From a virus: a stretch of 64,000 bases of DNA. Where the stretch lies: the IMG/VR virus record IMGVR_UViG_3300028920_000065, positions 1 through 64,000 of that record; one strand, given 5' to 3'. The notes beneath the pieces were generated by a model. It saw only the letters and a list, made by a program, of their open reading frames with translations. It had not been told where the DNA came from and made no database searches. Both the position numbers and the translations under genes were made by a program. This document shows positions 56,647-64,000 of this stretch, piece after piece (positions within the stretch are counted from its first letter, which is position 1; the number at the start of each line of letters is the position of its first letter).

Positions 56647-58803
56647 AGAATATTAATTAATCAAGCGGATTTAGATTTAATTGAGCAGAATCTTATTACA
56701 TATCTTAATGCAGATGGTTCACCATTTAAGGGCTATAATTTTAAATCAGGTCCACTTGCTGGAATCATAAGAATTGCAAAATTTATTATAAGAAATCTTT
56801 CTTTTCAACTCAATAAAACTGTTCAAGAAATATTTCTTGATACTGCAACTCTTGATGAGGTCATTTATTCGTTAATAAAAAATTTTAATTTTATTCCAGG
56901 TTTGAATCGTCCAGCAAAAAAATATTTAAAAATGAAATTTGATTTAAAATCAGCAGGACTTGTTCCTTCATCATCTGATCATTTTAAAGTTTATTGGAAC
57001 ACAGCACAATATACAAGTTCATATAATTTTATTCCGACACTTAGAGATAAATGGCAGGAGGAGTATTATACAAATGCTTCTGCATCTGATTATGTTGATC
57101 AAAATATGTTTTATTATTACATGCAAAGAATAACAACCGAAACTGAAGATTATCTTGCTGCTATTATGCCAGTTTATCAGGCAGATTGGACGCATTCTGA
57201 ATGGACTTTTAATTCCGTTACTATGTCTCAAGAATTTGAATTGAAAGATGGATCCTCTAATTATTATGGAGATAAAGTTGTTGCTGAATCAATTAGAGTT
57301 TTTGTAAAGGAATTATCTGGAACATGGTATGAATACAAAAATATTAGATTAGGACTATTTGATTATGATACATTAAGGGCATTTAGGATTAATTATGATA
57401 CAGCAAAAGGATTAACAATAGAATTTAATATTGATCATCTTTCGCGTGAAATTCAAGATACTGAAACAGTAAGAATATTTTATGCAATTACTGAAGGTGA
57501 TGATATTAATGAGGTCACTGGTGATAATGTTTTTAATAACACAAAATTTAATGATTTACAAATTTATTCAGTTGATCCAACTGGAACAGCAACTTCTATT
57601 TTCGAGTCACTATCGAATGGTACATCTATTTCTCCATTGACAGCGTATGCAACTTATTTTTCATCTTTTCTTGTAGATGGTGAAGCAATGATTATGGATG
57701 ATGAAAGTACAAATACAACACACCTCGCATATTTTGATAATGGAGTAGGACCTCAAGATATTACATCAATTAAAAAATCAGCTCCACTTTTTTATGTTAC
57801 ACAAGGAAGGGCGGTTACTGAGGATGATTATAATTTTCTTTTAGATTCAAAATTTGTAGAATACAAGGATATTAAAGCATGGGGAGGTCAGCGGGAATTT
57901 TATGATATGACTGAATTAATAACTGATGAAATTGATTCTGCTTTAAGCTATGATCCAGCAACTTCAATATATTCTGGAACTTTTGATGATGTTTTTTCAG
58001 CTGTGACAAATATTTTATTGCAACAATATTCAAATGGAGCATTGACAGTAAATTCAGTTGATTATCAATCAATTCAAGATGGAAAATATCGTTCTGATAG
58101 AGGATTTGTTTATTATTCATTTTTTGATGATAATTTTCAATTTGTTTCAACATCTGAAAATAAATCTGAAATAGTTCAATATCTCGATCAATATAAAATA
58201 TTGACTATGTATTATAAATATCTTGATCCTGTTTTTGTTTTATTAAAACCAAGGGTTGTAATGACAATTAACAAAGGATATACAAAATCTTTTAATATTT
58301 ATGAAATGAAACAGAACATCTATAATTGGTTTAATTCTGATATTGCTTTTGATAGAAAGATTGATTTGAAAGAATTGAATTCTTACTTATTATCGTTTGA
58401 TGAAGTCGATGCCGTCGATTCAATAGGATTTACAGCAAAATTAAAGATTAAAACTCCTGATACAGTTGATGATTATGCTTATATTAGAGCATTTAATAAA
58501 TTTTCCGGTGAATTGAATAATAAACCAATAAAAGTTTTCAATGGAACTTCATTAGTTGAATTAGCGACAATTTCAACCAATGATGGAAATGTTAATATTA
58601 CTGTTGGTGGATCAAATATTTCCTATACTGATTCAGCAAATATTCAAAAAGGAATTGTAAGATTTCAACCATGGTCAGATTTATTAAATTATTCATATTT
58701 TTATATAGATGAAATATCATTTGCATCATTTAAACTGAGGAGTATTAGAGAATCAGTTCTTGGTGTTGAAAATGTCAATGATATATCTTTGGTTTTGGAG
58801 TAA
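56638..58803 (+). CDS. 6: Baseplate wedge gp6-like
   Basis: DLDLIEQNLITYL...FKGYNF...EIFLDTA; IKKSAPLFYVTQGRAVTEDDY; AWGG. Confidence 0.9.
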   Translation: MADRILINQADLDLIEQNLITYLNADGSPFKGYNFKSGPLAGIIRIAKFIIRNLSFQLNKTVQEIFLDTATLDEVIYSLIKNFNFIPGLNRPAKKYLKMKFDLKSAGLVPSSSDHFKVYWNTAQYTSSYNFIPTLRDKWQEEYYTNASASDYVDQNMFYYYMQRITTETEDYLAAIMPVYQADWTHSEWTFNSVTMSQEFELKDGSSNYYGDKVVAESIRVFVKELSGTWYEYKNIRLGLFDYDTLRAFRINYDTAKGLTIEFNIDHLSREIQDTETVRIFYAITEGDDINEVTGDNVFNNTKFNDLQIYSVDPTGTATSIFESLSNGTSISPLTAYATYFSSFLVDGEAMIMDDESTNTTHLAYFDNGVGPQDITSIKKSAPLFYVTQGRAVTEDDYNFLLDSKFVEYKDIKAWGGQREFYDMTELITDEIDSALSYDPATSIYSGTFDDVFSAVTNILLQQYSNGALTVNSVDYQSIQDGKYRSDRGFVYYSFFDDNFQFVSTSENKSEIVQYLDQYKILTMYYKYLDPVFVLLKPRVVMTINKGYTKSFNIYEMKQNIYNWFNSDIAFDRKIDLKELNSYLLSFDEVDAVDSIGFTAKLKIKTPDTVDDYAYIRAFNKFSGELNNKPIKVFNGTSLVELATISTNDGNVNITVGGSNISYTDSANIQKGIVRFQPWSDLLNYSYFYIDEISFASFKLRSIRESVLGVENVNDISLVLE

Positions 58804-58806
58804 TAA

Positions 58807-59928
58807 ATGACATATACTAAATCACTTAGACCATTTTTAAAATTGTTTCTTCCAAAATATATTCATAGGGAATATCCCAAATATGTTGAATTATGTGATA
58901 AAATATTACAATATTTGGAAGAAACAAATAATTTAAAATGGTATGTTGGTGATACTACAAATCAAAAATTAAATTCAATTTATCATAATATAGAAAATTT
59001 TGATAAACATTTTATTATAGATGATCTTCCTGTAGAAAATATTTCTGTTTTAAATGCTTACTTAAATGATTTTGCGAGTGATATAGATTATAGGAATACT
59101 GTTTTAGATTTTAATTCTGAAGATATGAGACAAATTGCAAAATATGCAAATGTAATTTATAATTTAAAGGATTCTTGGAAAGCATATAATTTTATATTTG
59201 CGTTAATTCATGCACCAATTATCAGTGGTGCAACAATATCACTTTCTTTTGATGCTTTTTATAAAGCCGATTCAACTTTTCTTGATGAAACACCTCCTGA
59301 TTATTTTTATAGGCTTGAAGTTGCAGATTCGACAAATATTAATTATGGAGATGTACTTGTAGGATCTTCTAGTTCCGCATCTGGTACAGTAAAATATATT
59401 GATTCTGATAATGATATAATTTATCTCGATAGGGTAGAAAATACTTTTTCAGCAGCTGAAACTTTAACTTTTAATGCAACTGCTATAACAACAATTTCAA
59501 CTATTTTAACAAGTGATTATTTAGATGATGATAAAATAATTTTGACAGAAATTCCTGTTTATTCTATTGAATCTAATGGAATAAATGGTTTACAACTGGA
59601 TAGGGCTGATGTAACAATTGATGATAAAGGTACTCATCCATTTGAATATCAAATAATTGGAAAAAATGATATTTTAAGTACTGGAACATTTGTTTCCGAT
59701 TTAAGAAAATCCATGCATCCTGCTGGTTTTGATGCTGATATTTTTTATGTTCTTGATGATATAGAAATTTTAAGTACAGAGGATAGCAAAATATTTCCAA
59801 AGCAAATTTTTACATTGGAATGCGTTTCAACTGGATATGATTTATTAAAGAATGATGGAATTAATATTATCACAAATGATAATTATCATATTATTGTCAC
59901 GGAAGAAGTATTTCCCACGGGATTATAA
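58807..59928 (+). CDS. Baseplate wedge protein (gp7-like)
   Basis: LPKYIHREYPKYVE N-terminus and HPAGF C-terminal motif. Confidence 0.75.
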   Translation: MTYTKSLRPFLKLFLPKYIHREYPKYVELCDKILQYLEETNNLKWYVGDTTNQKLNSIYHNIENFDKHFIIDDLPVENISVLNAYLNDFASDIDYRNTVLDFNSEDMRQIAKYANVIYNLKDSWKAYNFIFALIHAPIISGATISLSFDAFYKADSTFLDETPPDYFYRLEVADSTNINYGDVLVGSSSSASGTVKYIDSDNDIIYLDRVENTFSAAETLTFNATAITTISTILTSDYLDDDKIILTEIPVYSIESNGINGLQLDRADVTIDDKGTHPFEYQIIGKNDILSTGTFVSDLRKSMHPAGFDADIFYVLDDIEILSTEDSKIFPKQIFTLECVSTGYDLLKNDGINIITNDNYHIIVTEEVFPTGL

Positions 59929-59958
59929 ATAATTATGAATTATAAGAGGTAAAATAAT

Positions 59959-61140
59959 ATGTTGGTTTCTGGTGTAGGAGCATTAACAAGCAAGGGATTA
60001 GAGATTGCAGATTTTTGTAAATTAAATGATGTTTCCCTTGATTTCAAACATTTTTATGTAACAGATAATCTTTCTTTAACACTAACAAATTTAACTGATC
60101 CAACTCATTCTCCATATAATGATATAACAGATGAGGAATTTGTTTATAATCTAGAAAATGTTTCATCAACTGATTATTATAGAGGAAGTGTTTCAACTTC
60201 AGAAAGTTTAATTTCAAATGGTCAATCAGTAATTCCAATATTGATGTCAATTGTTTCTAATGATATAGAAGAAAATTTAGATATATATACAGTTTTTATT
60301 TCTGTAAAAGATCCCAATGGTGCAAAAATTACTGTTGCAGATGGTTCAACATTTCTAACAACCCCACAAACAATAACATTTGGTGCTCCTTTTTCTGGAA
60401 CAGCAACACTGGATTATATTGATGGAAATGATCTTTATATTTCAAACATACAAAGTTCTTTAGCTGTAAAATTAACTTATGATGAATTTATTGCAGAAAT
60501 TACAACTTCCCTTACAGTTACGGGTGGAACTGATGGTGCATCTAGTTTAACAAGTTCTGCTAATGTAGATGATGCAAATTATCTTTTTTATAAAGGATGT
60601 ATTCGATATGATGAAAGACTTGATATTACTGTTGCCAACGCAACTAATTTTTCAGCTGGAAGTACCCTTACAAATCCAACGGGGGCAGTTGCTTCGGTTA
60701 CAAATGTCGCAGGTAGTGTTTTAACTGTTAATAGAACAAATACAAGCATTTTTTCCAATGGAGAAAATGTTGATTATAATAGTCCATATTCAGCTCCAGA
60801 TACTACAATAACTGCAATACCAATAGTAAATACAACATCCAGTGTTGTAACAGCAGTAAAATACACAAGCGATGGATCAGATTTATTGTTAAGAATTAAT
60901 TTAAGGAGTACTTCTGGATTTCCACAAGATTTAACATTTTTAAATACTGCTGTAACTGAAATTGAAATTCATAATGCGGATACATCAGATACGCATCCTG
61001 ATATTAGGTTGCAAATGTTAGTAAATGCTAGTATTTATGGCTCTGATATAAGATATAATTATGATCAGATAGTTTCTTTAAAAAATCAAATAAATGCTAT
61101 CATAACGGCAAATGGATTATCTGGAGGACCGATTGTATAA
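59959..61140 (+). CDS. Baseplate/tail structural protein
   Basis: LTSKGLE N-terminus, Ser/Thr-rich, late promoter at 59926; two copies of the domain also found in gp23. Confidence 0.65.
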   Translation: MLVSGVGALTSKGLEIADFCKLNDVSLDFKHFYVTDNLSLTLTNLTDPTHSPYNDITDEEFVYNLENVSSTDYYRGSVSTSESLISNGQSVIPILMSIVSNDIEENLDIYTVFISVKDPNGAKITVADGSTFLTTPQTITFGAPFSGTATLDYIDGNDLYISNIQSSLAVKLTYDEFIAEITTSLTVTGGTDGASSLTSSANVDDANYLFYKGCIRYDERLDITVANATNFSAGSTLTNPTGAVASVTNVAGSVLTVNRTNTSIFSNGENVDYNSPYSAPDTTITAIPIVNTTSSVVTAVKYTSDGSDLLLRINLRSTSGFPQDLTFLNTAVTEIEIHNADTSDTHPDIRLQMLVNASIYGSDIRYNYDQIVSLKNQINAIITANGLSGGPIV

Positions 61141-61744
61141 ATATCATTTTTTATATCAGACGACAAATTTAATCAATGGAAAAATTTATGTTGGAATTCA
61201 TTCAACAGATGATTTGGGTAGCGGAATTGCATTAATAAATGCAATAAAAAAATATGGAAAGGAAAATTTTGAACGGGAAATATTGGAATTTTCTAATACA
61301 AGAGATGAAATATTACAGAATGGAGAAAAGAATAGTTTTTATAGAAAGTCCCATACAGAAGAAACAAAGAAAAAAATTTCTGAAGCAAACTCTAGAAAAA
61401 AACGAACCGATGAATTTAAAAAAATAAAATCTGAGAAAATGAAAGAATATTGGTCAGAAAATGATTATCCACATAAGGGCAAGACATATGAGGAAGTTTA
61501 TGGTGTTGAAAAAGCGAAAGAACTAAAAGAAAAAAGAAAAAATACTTTTTCAAAAAATAGAAAGGATAGTTCAGGAGCGAATAATCCAAAAGCAAAATTA
61601 AATGATAATATGGTTATTATTATTCGTTTAATGAACAAATTTAATAAATATACAATAGATGAGATGTCTTTATTATTTGGTGTCACTAAAACCACAATAC
61701 GAGATATAATTAAAATAAAAACTTGGAAAAATATAACAATTTAA
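61112..61744 (+). mobile_element. Seg-type GIY-YIG homing endonuclease with NUMOD3, apparently internally deleted
   Basis: FLYQTTNLINGKIYVGIHST, GSG..L..AIKKYGKENFEREIL, HTEETKKKIS, KTYEEVYG, GANNPKAKL. Confidence 0.8.
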
Positions 61745-61755
61745 AGGAGTTAGGA

Positions 61756-63381
61756 ATGATAAATTGGGCAAGTGCGATTCAGCAAATTATTGATGCGCAT
61801 GCGGATCTATTAGAAACCACTTCAGAATTACAAAAATGGGTAACTGGTAGTTCAGGAGGAACTGCTATTTCGTCCGTAACATTTGATTTTTCTGATGGAA
61901 CATCTAGTGTTGTTAACACAATACCAGAGATTGTTGCAAATGCTAGTGGTTCACAAACAATTACAGCAGGTGAAAATTTATCTACTGGCGATAGAGTAAA
62001 AATTTATAATGATGGTGGAACAGCAAAGGTTAAAAAATTGGTTGCATCATCTTTTGGATCAGCTTCACAGTATAATACAACATCAAGCAGTAATGCTATT
62101 GCATATGATTCTGATAATGGTGTTGGTGTTGTTTTTTATTGTGAATCCATTGCTGCTGGAGATGTCGAAGCAAAAATATTTTCTATTACTTCCTCAATTA
62201 CTTATGGTTCAGCACAAACTGTTAATACAACAACTGGAATACATACACAAACTGCTGTTTTTCATTGCTCAGGTGATACGACTGCAGGAACAATTTTATT
62301 TCTGTACATAGATTCTGGAGATGAATCAAAAATAAAATATAAAATTGGAACATCTGATGGAACAACAATAACAATGGGATCAGAAGGTGATGTTGGATCA
62401 TCTACAACTTCTGGAATTTCAACTTATGTTGCCAAATATGATTCAACAAATAATATGATTTTGATTTCAGCATGGGATAATTCGGGATTTGATTTAATTT
62501 TAAAATATGGAACTGTTGATGGTTCTACAAAATCTATATCGTGGGGAACGGATCAAACAATTTTAAATGATATAACAACGAGTGCGAGCATAACTGAAGG
62601 ATTTGCACTTGCTCTTGATGAAGCAACTGGAACTGCATATGTCGGATATTCGGATAGTTCAGACGATTTTTATATAAGACGTTACACAACATATAATGGC
62701 GTGATTTCAGCAAAAACTCCTACTCAGCTTTATGTACTTGGTTCTGACTATTCATTTAATACTCTTGATTTTCAATATGATTCTGCAAATGATCAACTAA
62801 TTCTTTTTACCGGTTGGAAATTTTCAACTGTTGGATCACTAATGACTTTTCATATTCGTTATGATACATCAACTGAATCGGCATTTGAACTCGCAAGAAA
62901 TACACTTGGAGCTTATGATACAGGATTATTTGATACCCGAAGAGGCGGAATTGACCTTGATAATAATAAAATATTTTATTATGCTGGAAACCTCTCAGCA
63001 GCTCCATTGTATGTATATGAATATGATTTAGATTTTACAATTGTTACGACTAATTCATTTCATGTCTACAATGAAATATTAATTCCTACTAAAAATTGTT
63101 CAATCGCAGTTGTTGATAATCTTGTATTTTTTAGTTTTAAAACTGATTTAGCATCTAAATATCTTGATGAACGGGAAAATTTTGCAGGAATAATTCAATC
63201 TAATGTTACTTCTGGTAATGATGCGACTGTTTCTATTCTTGCTGGTGGAATTTCAACCGCAAATTCTGGATTGACAATAGGACAAAAATATTATTTGCAA
63301 ACTGATACATCTATTGGAACAACAAAAAATAAATTTCCTGTTGGAATTGCACTTGACGCAGGAAATTTGCGTTTAATATAG
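61756..63381 (+). CDS. Tail fibre / receptor-binding-like structural protein
   Basis: TAGENLSTGDRV...GLTIGQKYYL...VGIAL frame around YDS-repeat beta-rich region. Confidence 0.65.
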   Translation: MINWASAIQQIIDAHADLLETTSELQKWVTGSSGGTAISSVTFDFSDGTSSVVNTIPEIVANASGSQTITAGENLSTGDRVKIYNDGGTAKVKKLVASSFGSASQYNTTSSSNAIAYDSDNGVGVVFYCESIAAGDVEAKIFSITSSITYGSAQTVNTTTGIHTQTAVFHCSGDTTAGTILFLYIDSGDESKIKYKIGTSDGTTITMGSEGDVGSSTTSGISTYVAKYDSTNNMILISAWDNSGFDLILKYGTVDGSTKSISWGTDQTILNDITTSASITEGFALALDEATGTAYVGYSDSSDDFYIRRYTTYNGVISAKTPTQLYVLGSDYSFNTLDFQYDSANDQLILFTGWKFSTVGSLMTFHIRYDTSTESAFELARNTLGAYDTGLFDTRRGGIDLDNNKIFYYAGNLSAAPLYVYEYDLDFTIVTTNSFHVYNEILIPTKNCSIAVVDNLVFFSFKTDLASKYLDERENFAGIIQSNVTSGNDATVSILAGGISTANSGLTIGQKYYLQTDTSIGTTKNKFPVGIALDAGNLRLI

Positions 63382-63390
63382 GAGAATAAA

Positions 63391-64000
63391 ATGAGCACAA
63401 CCGATGGCGGAAAAAGAATACATGAAATTGCAAATGAAAAAACAATATTGGTTGGAGATGATGAATTTGTAATTGATGATTCTGAAAATACGGATGCTGA
63501 TGGAAATCAATTAACAAAAAAAGTAAAATATAAAAATATTCTTAAATTTAAGGATTATGATTCAATTCCAATTGAATGGCCCGAGGATGGATCTTCAGCA
63601 CCAGATGCAGCTGCACTTGTAACGGATGGAAATGGAAATTTACGATCAAGAACATTTGATTCAACAGCCGCAGAGACATTGGTTGTTCCATGGGAATGTC
63701 CTCCAAATTGCGTTTTAACTGCTGGTATAACATATCGAGTAAAATTTATTGTAACTGAAGCAACTGGTCCAAGTTCTGAAGGTGTTGTTTTTAAAATGTC
63801 AGGATATAGTTCTGGAAATGGCGATGCGATGAATGGAACCTTTGCAACTGCGATTGCAACTTCAAAAGCAACCGGTCTTACTGAATCACAATATGATCTT
63901 GTTTTTACTGAATGGTCAACCGCAAATCTTACAATAACAGATGAAGCTGTTGGTGAAACAATATTTTTTGAGTTTCAAAGGGATCCTACTGATTCTGATG
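63391..64000 (+). CDS. Tail-associated structural protein, 5' part only
   Basis: AGGAG RBS; MSTTDGGKRIHEIANEK...; open to the window edge. Confidence 0.7.
   Translation, partial: MSTTDGGKRIHEIANEKTILVGDDEFVIDDSENTDADGNQLTKKVKYKNILKFKDYDSIPIEWPEDGSSAPDAAALVTDGNGNLRSRTFDSTAAETLVVPWECPPNCVLTAGITYRVKFIVTEATGPSSEGVVFKMSGYSSGNGDAMNGTFATAIATSKATGLTESQYDLVFTEWSTANLTITDEAVGETIFFEFQRDPTDSD

Noticed and set aside
2326-63733. Short antisense or alternate-frame ORFs in the track (e.g. 5911-6285, 17073-17444, 22297-22851, 50010-50483)
   Set aside because: Shadows of well-supported genes, without RBS or motifs
1-64000. Stop-codon reassignment
   Set aside because: Core genes are full length in the standard code and TAA, TAG and TGA all terminate recognisable genes

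Overview
A 64-kb segment of a very AT-rich, large T4-like (Tevenvirinae-like core, strongly diverged) myophage genome in the standard genetic code. Left part (1 to ~33.5 kb, mostly minus strand): replication, recombination and transcription core (family-B DNA polymerase gp43, gp62, primase gp61, late sigma gp55, RNase H, RegA, gp46/47, Dda-like helicase, UvsY), a GroES/GroEL pair, gp48/gp27/gp13 structural genes, and accessory genes including NeuB, NeuC, a SAM methyltransferase and a stand-alone NrdD glycyl-radical peptide. Right part (plus strand): a DNA-modification island (HAD nucleotidase, DNA methyltransferase, SNF2-like helicase, dNMP kinase, QueD, and a queE/queC deletion scar), UvsW, gp14, gp33-like, gp32, gp45, gp44, the head module (gp4, gp2, gp20, gp21, gp22, gp23), Rnl2, a lipoprotein serine protease, and baseplate/tail-fibre genes. 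Non-coding structure includes two promoter families (sigma70-like early, TAAATAAT-type late), four copies of a ~60-90-bp dispersed intergenic element, an orphan consensus promoter, an exactly duplicated 46-bp late leader, and several gene remnants. All assignments come from motif recognition by eye; no database searches or computations were run. No tRNA, rRNA or CRISPR array was seen.
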